Source: Selaginella moellendorffii
Lineage: Eukaryota; Plantae; Lycopodiophyta
Reading direction: 5' to 3'
Length of the DNA stretch: 64,000 nt
Assembly (NCBI RefSeq): GCF_000143415.4
Contig: NW_003314275.1
Span: 498,759 to 562,758, forward strand
The notes beneath the pieces are model-generated. The model was not told where the DNA came from. It saw only the letters and a list, made by a program, of their open reading frames with translations, and searched no databases. Numbering within the stretch: the first letter of the stretch is position 1; each line of letters begins with the position of its first letter. The position numbers were made by a program, and so were the translations under genes. Of this stretch, positions 48,600 to 62,330 are shown one piece after another.

Positions 48600-51500
48600 T
48601 ATAGGTCATGGGGTGAAAGCCCAAAGCATGTGTCTCCCAGAGGAGGGGGGGGGGGAGCTGCAGAGGTTCCAAAAGTATAGTAGGGATAGTGAGGTCCACG
48701 AACCAGTTTTGAAGGAACTCTCCAGTGGTGCTTCCAAATTGACTTGATGTTGAGATTGGGGTTAAGGGGCCTTGGGTGGGAGTGAGCATGGACTCGGGTG
48801 GTGCCAAAGGGGCCACCCAAGGAAGTGCTCAAGAGCAGCTCTCACTCCCAGAAGGGAAATCGACTGTGGTGCTTTTGGCTCATGTGGAGTGGTGCCCTAC
48901 TTGAGTACCTTGTAATTCGGATGTTAGGAACCTAGAGGCTTGGTGTGCTTGGCTGCTTGTGCCTGCGGGGAGTGTAGCCGAACCTTAAGTTCAGTCTAAC
49001 TTGGGGAGGGGGATTGAGAGAGATTTGGGAATTTGTGGATGGATGGCTAACACTTTGTTGCTTGTGCAATGAGTAGCTAAAACTAAGTAAGACTAAGTAG
49101 GAGCTGGTACAATAGGTGGGAACCTTGACGAGCGAACTTAGCTAAGGCCAAAGTAGTGTTGATTAGATAGACAAGGTAAGTTGGCAAATTGAAAAGGTAA
49201 AATTTGTGGCTTACAACAATCAAGAGTCCTTACCTTGATACATATTGGTTATGGTGGTCTTACAAATGGTGAGTTGTGGGATGGATAGCAGTGAAGCACT
49301 AAACCATTTTGTCTAGGCTTGCCATTGGAAGATTTGGGTTACAATGCTTAATTCTTTTTCAGGGAACTTGCTATTGCTCTTTGAGTAACTTGGTGTTGGA
49401 TTAGTTTTGAATTTGGTTGGAAAGAAAGTGGCATGAGCTTGTCTGTGTTATGAACAAAAGTTAGTGGTGTTAAGTGTTGTAAATCTCTTTTGGTGGGGTA
49501 TGGCATTTATGTTGCATTTTGTCGAATCGAGTTGGCATTTAATACTCACATAAACCTTTGAAGTAATAACGTGGGCATTACTTGTGGTGTTCCTCAATTG
49601 ATGATCAAGTTATTGTGATTTTTATATCATATCCAAGTGATAGTGAACAATATGTTTACAAAGTTGCTTGGTTAAACAATGATCAACCCCAAAGTGGTTG
49701 ATGGTGAAGCTAGTCTACTTGCACGTAGTAGCATTATAGTAACTTTAATTGGATTCTCAATAGTGATCAACGATATGCTAAGCTTAAGTTGGTACCATGT
49801 TTCTGTGAGCGTTTGCCCATGAGGTCTTGGAAAGGGTTGTAGCATTCACTTGCTATGGCTTGTTGATTGATCTGTTAACACTTGAAGTAGATTGTTGGAT
49901 AAAGAAGGTGTGTAATTGAGGCATTGGTATTATTAACACTTGTGTTAGTGGAAGTGGCATTGTTATTTCAAGTGATGAGGAATTTTCCTTACACTTTGAT
50001 TTTTCTATGTTATTTTTTTTGTTAGTGTTTTGGCTTCACATTAGATCTTGAAGGTGATTGAAGAAAAGTGTTAGTGCAATGCAGATATCCAGAGATATGA
50101 TCTTTGTGATCAACCTTTAAATGTTTATTTTGCATTTTGCGGATGTCAATGTTGGATGTCGGAAAAGTGGGCTAAAATGTTTGATACTTAAGTATGTTAT
50201 TGGGTTATGAGAATTTTTATTGAGGTGAACCTATGTGAAATTGTTGATAGGAGGAAGTTGATTGAGTCTTGAAAGTTTGCATTCCTAGACTAAGCGTCAT
50301 TTTTTTTCTAGGATGGAAAATTTTCCACAAATTTTCTTAAATTTTTCCAATGGCTGATCTATCGGTCATTTTGCTCGGAAACCATTCTGTTTTTGTAAGT
50401 CAGTACAAACTAGTGAAGGGGTTGAAGTTGACTTTCATTAAATTAAACCTTAGTAGGTAGTTTGTATGATGCGACCCGAAAGGGATACTAACTTCTGGGG
50501 CTAAAAAAATTGAGGTGGATAAAATCTAAAGTTAGTATAGAAAAATGGTTGTTGCGCTTTTCTAAAAAAATGACCCTTATGCCTTTTTTCTGTAACGTTA
50601 TGCTTGGTCGCAGGTTGCATGTTGCATTTCATTAGACTCTATAACAATAGTGAGCTCTTATTGATCTTGACTTGGTCATGGTAGCCTTGCACCTTCGCTG
50701 AGGATAGTGATATCCAATTTAGTTGTTTGAAGTTGAAATGTTAATACTCGTACTATAGCTTTGTTTATGAGGAGGTTGTGTACTGATATGATTCCATCTC
50801 ATGGTCTTCGCTTTAGTTTCAACTGAGTGTTGATTATGCATAACTAGCATCTTCAAGGTATGCTCAGAGCTGTTGGCTAAACGCATTTAGTGAGCTTATT
50901 GCGCTTGAGTTGGATTCAAGTGGTCATTTAGTTTATGCTTATCTATGAACCTTTATTTCGTATATAAGGTATTACGTTCATGTTAGACAAGTATGTGACT
51001 CGATAACATGAGTTTAGTGTTTGGGACTTGTGAAGGCAAAGTTGAAGAGTGATTGTTAGTTGCTTTGCGATTAATGATTACTTGTAGACTTTGTCAAGGA
51101 TTGTTAACACTTGCTTTGCACAATGATGATTTAGCAGTGATAAACTTGCTTTACCAGATGGTGTTGCGGAGGATCGTATCGTTAAAGTTACATGGTTTTT
51201 CTATGTTGGTATGTTGACTCTACCTCTGTCGATATCATTTGGTTGCATTTAAGCTGTGGTATTGGATTTCATTAAGTCTTGGATGTAGTGATTCACTCCT
51301 TGATGGTGTGCTATCTGTAGCTGAGTATTGTTAAAGAACTGATCTCGAATACTAAGTATAGTATTCTCAACTTTGGTTAGCTTAGTTGCTATAGAAGTTT
51401 GAGTGGTAATTCACTTTTGCTTTCTTTTAACTTTTTAATAGTGTTGATAGCATTGAAGTGATGCCATGTCATTGACATTGTTGATGTTGAGATGCAAATG

Positions 51501-52305
51501 AAATGAGATGTCTTTTCATATGATTAATATTAAGTTTCATTAGTCTCAATGTAAATAGTGTTAATGATTTGGCTGTAGCTTTCTGTTATTAACATTCGTG
51601 CATTTGCTATTGAGCAATTGTATTGACGTTCAAATGAACCGAGTGGCAAATTTGAGTTGTATTCTAAACGAGTTTATTTAATAGAGGTTGAGATTTATCT
51701 TTTCCTTGAAAAGTGATTCAATTATGGATTATACTAACCTTACCAGTGAAAGAGTTAATGATTGATATTGAAGTGATTGAATCCTTGTTGAATTTAAATT
51801 GGGATATATCAATCAATAATGATTCTTCTTATTCTTGTTATGAAGTGAATTATATCTTGCTATAGATAAATTCATGGAGGATGATTTAGTGATCACTTGT
51901 TGAGCATAGCTCCATTATGCTTGGTTTTTAGATTGATGCAAATATACTCTTAATTAACTTTGATTTAATTAACTCTAGATTTACTCATTTAGCATATTTA
52001 CGGAATGCAGAGATTGTTCTAAACATAATGGTGTTCGTTCTGTGTCCAAATTTGCAATCTAAGGACATTCTATATTTAGTAAATTTCAAACTTGTCCCAA
52101 AAACTAACTCTTGATACTAAGGGAGGCTTGGGGTGAAAGCCCAAAGCATGTATTCCTTAGGGGGGGGGGGCGCTGTGTGGGGTTCCAAATATATAGTAGG
52201 TATAGTGGGTAGGTCGGGCATGGCTGACCAACCTGAAGCATAGTTTAGCTCCCGCTTGCGTGCTTGTCCTTGTTCTGCATTTAGCTTGGGTCTAAGCCTA
52301 AGTTG
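48600..52305 (+). mobile_element. Rearranged LARD-like copy (LTR fragment, internal region, partial LTR)
   Basis: 49680-51960 matches the reverse complement of 24280-26580. 48610-48690 and 51970-52305 match the LTR. Confidence 0.85.
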
Positions 52306-53044
52306 GATTTAGACCTAAGCCGGTCACAAAACAAAGACAGGTATGCGAGTGGGAGTTATATTATGTCTTATGTTGGTCGGCCATGCTTGATCTACCCATT
52401 ATCTCTATTCTACATTTAGAACCACAACTTTTGTATGGCCATTGGTAGCCATGCCAAAATCGACTTCTTTAGTTACTTTCTCTGGGTTTGGGCTCACTTA
52501 GTTTCACTAATATTATCTTTCATGTTCCTAAAACCACTTAATTATTGATAAAAATCCATAATTGTGCCATGGGAGGGGCATCTTCCTCCCCACCTCCTCT
52601 TCTAACAAAGTTGCTATTTCATAGTTAAGTTATGGCTCTTTATCCTCTTCTTGCATACTTGAGCCCCAATTAAGGTAACATATCCAACAAAGAGGTGTGA
52701 CCAGCAACTTCTCCAACTTTATTTCTAAATTTATATTATATAACAAGAGTTAAAATTAATAAAAGAAATTTTAGGCTCCCATAATAATAAAACTTTCATA
52801 CACATTCTTCTATATAAAATCTTGAAAAGATGTCATATCTCACATTTAAAATTTATTTAACAAAAAGAAGAGTTAGTGTTAAACACTATGATTTTCTAAG
52901 GTATATGGAAAATATCTTTTTTTTACTTTGTATATAAATATGAGAAGATAATAAGAAATTATTGAAAATATTGTAAAATTCTAATATCAAAACTATCTCC
53001 CAAAACTGTCAAATAAAGTAAGGCACAATTTAAGCATATACATG
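52303..53044 (+). repeat. Left arm of a ~740 bp inverted repeat
   Basis: Reverse complement of 55126-55868. Confidence 0.93.
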
Positions 53045-53216
53045 GCCTGAACAACTGTATTAATTAGGATGTAATGAAACAACACAACAAGTTATAAAGC
53101 CAAAATATGGAGAAGAACAACACAGTAAAGTGTGGAATCAAATTAGGTTATTGGTATGCCAAACAAAACAATTTGGAAATTTATTTATTTCTTTTATTTA
53201 TAAATGATTAGTTGAT

Positions 53217-53510
53217 TTATTTAGAACCACGAGGAGATGAAAGCTCATTAGGAGGAGGTAAATCTTCCTCGGGAGGAGATAAAGGATCTGATGAAGGTGA
53301 TGGAATTTTCCCAATATTTGGACAAAGATTAGTGTCCATATCAGGATCATCCTTGCAAATTTCATCAACACATGCAATTTTACCTTTACATTCATCATCT
53401 GAATTACATGATTCTCCACATGTTTTTAATGGTGCACTCTTTACTATATATATTAAAAATGATACAAAAATAAGAAGTAAAATGGTAGAGTAAACACTTT
53501 TCTTGGCCAT
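53217..53510 (-). CDS. Secreted Cys-rich peptide: signal peptide + kiwellin N-terminal (kissper-like) domain + Pro-rich tail, 97 aa
   Basis: Hydrophobic N-terminus. C-x3-C-x5-C-x5-C-x4-C-x10-C spacing with a C.DDP..T..C motif as in kissper. Intact and intronless. Confidence 0.85.
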   Translation of the reverse strand: MAKKSVYSTILLLIFVSFLIYIVKSAPLKTCGESCNSDDECKGKIACVDEICKDDPDMDTNLCPNIGKIPSPSSDPLSPPEEDLPPPNELSSPRGSK

Positions 53511-53788
53511 GAATACTGATAAGAATTTATAGAAGAAGTAATACAATAGGTAGAGAAAACTACTTGATTTAAATACTCTAAAATATTAATAGAATATGAG
53601 ATATTACACAATGTTTAGCTTTTGTCCTTACAAATATGATAGTTACAAAGTAATTAAAACAAAAAGACAAAAGACAGGCTTAGGGTTTAGGTTGTGGAGT
53701 CAAACTAGGTAATTGGTGTGCCAAACAATATAAAAGATGGAAATTTATTTACTTCTTTTATTTATAAATGATTTATTGATTTATTGAT

Positions 53789-54079
53789 TTATTTAGAACC
53801 AACAGGAGATAAAAGCTCATTAGGAGGAGGTAAATCTTCCTCAGGAGGAGGTAAAAGATCTAAAGAAGGTGATTGAATTTTCCCAATATTGGACAAAGAC
53901 TAGTATTCATATTGAAATCATCCTTGTAAATTCCATCAAAGCATGCAAGTTTACCTTTACATTCACCATGTGAACTATATGATTCTCCACATTTTTTTAA
54001 TGGTGCACTCTTTACTATATATTAAAACTAATACAAAAATAAGAAGTAAAATTGTAGAGTAAAGATTTTTTCTTGCCAT
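53789..54079 (-). pseudogene. Tandem kissper-like paralog, frameshifted, with two Cys-to-Tyr changes
   Basis: Homologous to 53217-53510; 2-bp deletion in the TA run near 54018. Confidence 0.85.
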
Positions 54080-55125
54080 AAATACAAATAAGGATACAAA
54101 TGAAAAAAAGTGATACAATAGGAAGAGAAAATTACTTGACTTAGATACCACCAAAATATCAATAAAATATAATATATTCAACAATGTTTAGCTTTTGTCC
54201 TTACCAATATAATACACACAAAGTAATTAAAAACAAAAGAACTACTAATATAATTGATATACTCCACAATTATGGTATGCCATTTATCTCCCTTTGCACT
54301 CACTCTCTTTTTGTTTGGGGTTATTCGATCTTATTGACATTCATTAATAACAATATTTAATTGGCCCAGTAGAAAATAATTTAATTTGCACCTTAAATCC
54401 TAAACCCTAAACACACTATTCCTATTATACATTTGGAACTCGTTATGCTTGTCGTTATATATATTAGGCCTCACTCTACTATTGCATCTATTTAATTTCA
54501 CTATGTTTGGGCTAAATATTTTATTTGGATTCACTACCCTTATCTTCACTTTACAATCCATATCACTACATTGTGGGATCTAGGACTGTACATCTTTAGG
54601 GGCTTTTTATATCTTTGAGAAAGTATAGGCACCATACAAATGGAGATCAAGTGAGAGCAATGTACTTGCATTGATCTCACGATTGACTCAAATCCTTTAT
54701 ATCGTTAGGCACAGTCACATGGGAGAGATGAGGCTAGGGACCATGGATAAAGCACAAAGTTCACAACCACTAAGGATTGGGAACATGCATTTGTGGAGTG
54801 AGTGGCATGAATTTGAGTTGCACAGAATTGGACTCTTGTTCCCTTGATCTAGACCACATAAAACCAGATTCTAGTTCCATTGATCCCTCATCTACTTCAT
54901 CATTAGGGCTAAACTTTTATGTGTCCCCTCTACCTCCTCCAAAAAATAAGAAAAATTTTAAAGTGTAAGTGAAAAGAGCATCAAAAATGTAATTTTTAGC
55001 AGCTATCAAGGCAAAAAAAAGAGAAATAAAGAGAAAGAAATATACTTAAAGCTTGAAGAATAAGGGAATTTTATTATAAAATACTTCAACCACCACAAGA
55101 TAAGTAAGAAATTCACAATGTTCAA

Positions 55126-55868
55126 CATGTATATGCTTAAATTGTGCCTTACTTTATTTGACAGCTTTGGGAGATAGTTTTGATATTAGAATTTTACAAT
55201 ATTTTCAATAATTTCTTATTATCTTCTCATATTTATATACAAAGTAAAAAAAAGATATTTTCCATATACCTTAGAAAATCATAGTGTTTAACACTAACTC
55301 TTCTTTTTGTTAAATAAATTCTAAATGTGAGATATGACATCTTTTCAAGATTTTATATAGAAGAATGTGTATGAAAGTTTTATTATTATGGGAGCCTAAA
55401 ATTTCTTTTATTAATTTTAAATCTTGTTATATAATATAAATTTAGAAATAAAGTTGGAGAAGTTGCTTGTCACACCTCTTTGTTGGATATGTTACCTTAA
55501 TTGGGGCTCAAGTATGCAAGAAGAGGATAAAGAGCCATAACTTAACCATGAAATAACAACTTTGTAAAAACAGGAGATGGGGAGGAAGATGCCCCTCCCA
55601 TGGCACAATTATGGATTTTTATCAAAATTAAGTGGTTTTAAGAACATGAAAGATAATATTAGTGAAACTAAGTAAGCCCAAACCCAGACAGAGTGACTGA
55701 AGAAGTAGATTTTGGCATGGCTACCAATGGCCATACAAAAGTTGTGGTTCTAAATGTATAATAGAGATAGTGGGTAGATCAAGTATGGCCGACCAACATA
55801 AAACATAATATAACTCTTGCTTGCATACTTGTCCTTGTTTTGTGACCGGCTTGGGTCTAAACCCAAGC
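55126..55868 (-). repeat. Right arm of the ~740 bp inverted repeat
   Basis: Reverse complement of 52303-53044; it continues outward as LARD LTR to ~56085. Confidence 0.93.
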
Positions 55869-56086
55869 TCAATACCATACTAACTGATGAGGTACTCATA
55901 TCCATACATTAGACCACAAATTTGCTAAAATAGTGTTAAATTTCATTTATCTCTGTTTTGTATGTTGGTCAAGGCATTAAGATGTTGAATGATTTAGGAC
56001 TGTTTCTATATCACTCCATAATCCTATCCTTTCCCTCCATAGGCTTTACGCTTGAGAGTCCTTTTATGCTTTGGTTCCTTCACTCC

Positions 56087-57891
56087 TGTAGTGCATGTGG
56101 CTTTTATCCTTTATCCTATGGTGATTTACCATAGGAGTGGAACCTAAACCCTCCATATGCCATGTGTCACAAGTAAGGAAAGAATATCCAAAAGGACTAC
56201 CTAACATGTAACTTTCGATACCCGAAGTCATATTCGCGACATTCTCCCCCCCTTAGGGAAGATCTACGTCCTCGTCAATCCATACTCCAATTTAAACCAC
56301 TGCCAAGGAAACAACTCTAAAAAAAGTTCACGGTGATCACACTATGTGAGAAATGCACCAACTTAAATGAGTTAGGGTAACTTTTTTGTCTAATGCGGAT
56401 GTGTTTCCAACTCATATACATTCTAGCCATCACTGACAAGGAAATGACCAATAGAGTTAGCCACCCTTACTGCTCTGTGTGTCACCCTGTTTACAAAAGT
56501 GTGATATACCCCTGTCCATAAGGATATAGGCAGAGAAGCTAGAGGCCCTAACCCTCATGAACAAAGAAACCAAACCTATCGGTAAGGTTTAGATAGACTA
56601 TTGTAAACAGGTAGTTAGAGTTGTTTACACGGTCATGCCCTTTTTAATGGAATAAGGAACATCAACAGAGAGGTGGGTGATGTGACTAGTTTACAAAAGT
56701 TACCCCATAACTAAAGATTTCACCATGCAAACGAAGTGCTAAAGCCAATCTACCCATACTGGCCCAAATTCAAAGATCAATAGATGGAGAATATCAAAGT
56801 CATAGACAATGATATCTTAGAGACTTCGAGACTTCGAGACTTAATTATCAATGAATAAATCTTAGATTAGAATACAAAAGTATTCCAAGTAAGTTATTAT
56901 CCGATAAACAAGTATTAGGGTATAGAAACCACCAAGATCAGCATAGTTGGGAAACATAGGATTTACTATCCAACAAAATTCAATAGCTAGTGCATCATCA
57001 AGGAAACTCAATGATAAAATGTAATTATCATAGATTGTAGATAACATGTAAAACAACTTACAAAAGATAACTCAAAGAACATCAAGTATCATCAATATGA
57101 CAAACAAAATACTCACAAATGTATTGCCTANNNNNNNNNNNNNNNNNNNNNNNNNNNNNNNNNNNNNNNNNNNNNNNNNNNNNNNNNNNNNNNNNNNNNN
57201 NNNNNNNNNNNNNNNNNNNNNNNNNNNNNNNNNNNNNNNNNNNNNNNNNNNNNNNNNNNNNNNNNNNNNNNNNNNNNNNNNNNNNNNNNNNNNNNNNNNN
57301 NNNNNNNNNNNNNNNNNNNNNNNNNNNNNNNNNNNNNNNNNNNNNNNNNNNNNNNNNNNNNNNNNNNNNNNNNNNNNNNNNNNNNNNNNNNNNNNNNNNN
57401 NNNNNTATATTTGCATCAATCCAAAAACCAAGCATAATGGAGCTATGCTCAACAAGTGATCACTAAATTATCCTCCATAAATTCATCTATAGAAAGACAT
57501 AATTCACTTCATAACAAGCATAAGAAGAATCATTAATGATTGATATATCCCAACTCAAATTCAAGAAGGATTCAATCACTTCAATATCAATCACTAACTT
57601 TTTCACTGGTAAGGTTAGTATAGTCCACGATTGAATCACTTTTTAAGGAAAAGCCAAATCTCAACCTCTACTAAATAAACTCGTTTAAAACACAACTAAC
57701 TCAAATTTGCCACTTGGTTCATTTGAACATCAATACAGTTGCTAACTAGCAAATGCACGAATGCTAATAACAGAAAGCTACAGCTAAATCATTAACACTA
57801 TCTACATCGAGACTAATGAAACTCAATATTAATCCTATGAAGAGACATTTCATTTCACTTGCATCTAACCATCAACAATGTCAATGACAGG
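56087..57891 (-). mobile_element. LARD-like copy: internally deleted 3' LTR, PPT, internal region (spans a gap)
   Basis: TGTAGTGCA...CGCGACA at 56087-56241, followed by TTCTCCCCCCC (PPT complement). Inverted relative to 58832-60982. Confidence 0.85.
57131..57405. other. Assembly gap
   Basis: Run of N. Confidence 1.
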
Positions 57892-58764
57892 AAGGCCATA
57901 CCCAGTGTTGGGTGATGAGCTGACCACTAGGAAGTCCAAGACTACAGTGAATATGGACTGACAAATAAGGTAGCTTGGTGAAGTGTTGAAGAGCTGGCTT
58001 TAGTTCCCCTAGGAAATCAAATAGTCAATGCTCCCAATCCAAGTGTGGGTGGCACTACCTACTTGGATACCTAGTGTGGCTCAACGGAACCTCACTCTAA
58101 GCCCATGGCTATAGCACCCAAAGGTGGAAGGTAGGGAGAGTACTTATGAGGTTCGCATAGGGCCACGGTGTTCCAAAATGTTATCCCAAAGGCCCAGACT
58201 GTGGAAAGAAAGAAGAGTAGTCCTCTAGTGTAGTGATTAAGGATACAGTCGTGTGGTGAGGAAGTTCTAGAGGACCGTGGGGCTTAGTGGTCAGGCCTGT
58301 GAGCCTTGATCCAGTGGCAATGTTGGCAAACACGGCCATGGGTGAAAGCGATTTGGTGGGGACCAGAAAAGGGATATTGGGGAAAGCTATTCCCTATATC
58401 TGCAGGCATCCTAAGGATGCTAAGGAGTGGATTTGGGATGATCACTCATGGATGGATGGCCCAGTCTTTGAGAGATGGGATGGTGATGTAAATGGTGTTA
58501 GACCACCGGTGTGACCAAGGTGAATGGGCATGGCCTTAGCGTAACGAGCTGATGTGTTAATGGTACCTTAGGGTGTCGGTCATGGGATCGGACACGTGGA
58601 GCACTTGGACCAAGTGCAATGGTTGAGTGGCATAGATGCCATTCTTGGGGCTAGCAAGTCCCTAAGTCCAAAATAGGACTTACGGAGGTTGTAGTGAGAC
58701 TCCTCCAAGTGGTCGGAGGCGTGGTTAAGTGACTAAAGTAAAATGGAAAATTTTGTCACTTACA

Positions 58765-61633
58765 TTTGAGTGGTGATTCATTATTGTTTTCTTTTAGGTT
58801 TTTTATGGTGTTGATGGCATTGAAGTGATGCCCTGTCATTAACATTGTTGATGATTAGATGCAAGTGAAATGAAATGTTTCTTCATAGGATTAATATTGA
58901 GTTTCATTAGTCTCGATGTAGATAGTGTTAATGATTTGGCTATAGCTTTCTGTTATTAGCATTCGTGCATTTGCTAGTTAGCAACTGTATTGATGTTCAA
59001 ATGAACCAAGTGGCAAATTTGAGTTAGTTATGTTTTAAACGAGTTTATTTAGTAGAGGTTGAGATTTGGCTTTTCCTTAAAAAGTGATTCAATCGTGGAC
59101 TATACTAGCCTTACCAGTGAAAGAGTTAATGATTGATATTGAAGTGATTGAATCCTTGTTGAATTTAAGTTGGGATATATCAATCATTAATGATTCTTCT
59201 TATACTTGTTATGAAGTGAATTATGTCTTTCTATAAATGAATTTATGGAGGATAATTTAGTGATCACTTGTTGAGCATAGCTCCATTATGCTTGGTTTTT
59301 GGATTGATGCAAATATACTCTTCATTAACTTTGATATTGTGAAGTTTGGCTTATGGATTTGTTAAAAAAGATATTGTGGGTTGTTTTATGATTTTTTTTT
59401 TATCATTGAAGTTAGTTCATGCAAGACTTATGATCATTATTAAGTAAGACTTGGCTATAGGCTTCTTTGAACTTTTGGTTCTTGAGTTTTATACTCATTA
59501 GTCCATTTGTTTAAAGTTGTTGGGGAAGGCATTTTGGCTCATTAGTTTCGATATTGAAGTTAGTATTTGCATCTGGCCATTATTAGTGATTATTAACTAT
59601 TATCTAAGATAGTTGATTATTCTTGTCAAAACATTTTGCTTGATTATTGTTGATCCAGAATGATTTACCATTCTTTGGGATGGTAGATTCTTTCTTCAAC
59701 AATGATTATGCATCTCTTCATTGATGGGATGATTGATAATCTTCTATGATAGTTAGTTGTTCTCTTTGATGGTTTATGCCTTTTCACATTACTATATATT
59801 CCTTATAGTTTGTTCTGGATTAATCTTTTGGGTTTGAAATATCAGTAGGATATTGCTAACACTTGCTTACACAATTTGAGTTCCTTCGTATTGTTGACAA
59901 GGATTTATTCAGATTGGCTAATGCGATAGTTAGCATGAACACATGTTTGTTAGTCTTTCAACATTCATTATATTCTGTTGACTATCGTTACAGTTGCTTC
60001 TGATAGGTTGAATGTTATTTCCTTTGGGCAATACATTTGTGAGCATTTTGTTTGTCATATTGATGATACTTAATGTTCTTTGAGTTATCTTTTGTAAGTT
60101 GTTTTACATGTTATCTACAATCTTTGATAGTTACATTTTATCATTGAGTTTCCTTGATGATACACTAGCTATTGAATTTTGTTGGATAGTAAATCCTATG
60201 TTTTCCAACTATGTTGATCTTGGTGGTTCTTATATGCTAATACTTGTTTATCGGATGATAACTTACTTGGAATACTTTTGTGTTCTAATATAAGATTTAT
60301 TCATTGATAATTAAGTCTTGAAGTCTCGAAGTCTCTAAGATATCATTGTCTATGACTTTGATATTCTCCATCTATTGATCTTTGAATTTGGGCCAGTATG
60401 TGCAGATTGGCTTTAGCACTTCATATGCATAGTGAAATCTTTAGTCATGGGGTAGCTTCTGTAAACTGGTTATATCACCCACCTTTCTGTCAATGTTCCT
60501 TATTCCATTAAAAAGGGCATGACCGTATAAACAATTCTAACTGCCTGTTTACAATAGTCTATCTAAACCTTACCGATAGGTTTGGTTTCTTTGTTCATGA
60601 GGGTTGGGGCCTCTAGCTTCTCTGTCTATATCCTTGCGGATAGGGGCATATCACACTTTTGTAAGCAGGGTGACACACAGAACAGCAAGGGTGGCTAACT
60701 CTGTTGGTCATTTCCTTGTCGGTGATGGCTGGAATGTATATGAGTTGGAAGTGCATCTGCATTAGACAAAAAGGTTACCCTAACTCATTTAAGTTGGTGC
60801 ATTTCTCACATAGTGTGATCACCATAAACTTTTTTTGGAGTTGTTTCCTTGGTAGTGGTCTAAACTGGAGTATGCATCGACGAAGACATAGATCTTCCCT
60901 AAGGGGGGGGAGTGTCGCGAATGTGACTTCGGGTATCGAAAGTTACCTGTCAGGTAGTCCTTTTGGATATTCTTTCCTTACTGCCATGATGGCAGGAGGT
61001 CGGTATTGCAAAACCCGTTATTAATCTCTGCCTAAGCTAGTTAAAAAACTGATCTTCACATATGCACTTGACTAGATGAGCATAAGGATGGAATTCCTAA
61101 GTGCTATTAATCAAGCATACTTGACTTGGTTAGAGAAACTCATTCATTAACTTGCATTTGCTAATGTTGGGAACCTCCGCGATATTGAACTTGGTCCCTC
61201 AATATTCGCTAAATGATAGCTTACCGTGTCTGCCAAACACCCTCGCTATCGTGCCCTTTGTGTTAGTCTCATTCTGGTCCCAAATGTTATTTATGGAAAG
61301 TGTCTAGATTTACTCATTTAGCATATTTACGGAATGCAGAGATTGTTCTAAACACAATGGTGTTCGTTCTGTGTCCAAATTTGCAATCTAAGGACATTCT
61401 ATATTTAGTAAATTTCAAACTTGTCCCAAAAACTAACTCTTGATACTAAGGGAGGCTTGAGGTGAAAGCCCAAAGCATGTATTCCTTAGGGGGGGGGGGG
61501 CGCTGTGTGGGGTTCCAAATATATAGTAGGTATAGTGGGTAGGTCGGGCATGGCTGACCAACCTGAAGCATAGTTTAGCTCCCGCTTGCGTGCTTGTCCT
61601 TGTTCTGCATTTAGCTTGGGTCTAAGCCTAAGT
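58765..61633 (+). mobile_element. LARD-like copy: internal region, PPT, 3' LTR starting at 60913
   Basis: AAGGGGGGGGAG followed by TGTCGCGAATGTGAC, the reverse complement of the LTR end at 27825. Confidence 0.88.
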
Positions 61634-61733
61634 NNNNNNNNNNNNNNNNNNNNNNNNNNNNNNNNNNNNNNNNNNNNNNNNNNNNNNNNNNNNNNNNNNN
61701 NNNNNNNNNNNNNNNNNNNNNNNNNNNNNNNNN
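61634..61733. other. Assembly gap
   Basis: 100 N. Confidence 1.
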
Positions 61734-62330
61734 CATAGTTAAGTTATGGCTCTTTATCCTCTTCTTGCATACTTGAGCCCCAATTAAGGTAACATATCCA
61801 ACAAAGAGGTGTGACCAGCAACTTCTCCAACTTTATTTCTAAATTTATATTATATAACAAGAGTTAAAATTAATAAAAGAAATTTTAGGCTCCCATAATA
61901 ATAAAACTTTCATACACATTCTTCTATATAAAATCTTGAAAAGATGTCATATCTCACATTTAAAATTTATTTAACAAAAAGAAGAGTTAGTGTTAAACAC
62001 TATGATTTTCTAAGGTATATGGAAAATATCTTTTTTTTACTTTGTATATAAATATGAGAAGATAATAAGAAATTATTGAAAATATTGTAAAATTCTAATA
62101 TCAAAACTATCTCCCAAAACTGTCAAATAAAGTAAGGCACAATTTAAGCATATACATGGCCTGAACAACTGTATTAATTAGGATGTAATGAAACAACACA
62201 ACAAGTTATAAAGCCAAAATATGGAGAAGAACAACACAGTAAAGTGTGGAATCAAATTAGGTTATTGGTATGCCAAACAAAACAATTTGGAAATTTATTT
62301 ATTTCTTTTATTTATAAATGATTAGTTGAT

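Noticed and set aside
48218-48816. Ser/Glu/Arg-rich ORFs on both strands
   Set aside because: They are translations of a 6/12-mer minisatellite. There is no repeat-spacer structure, so it is not CRISPR-like either.
57072-57466. ORFs spanning X runs
   Set aside because: Artefacts of the N gap.
57892-58764. Spacer with a 75-aa ORF
   Set aside because: No recognisable motif; probably a fragment of another repeat. It cannot be assigned.
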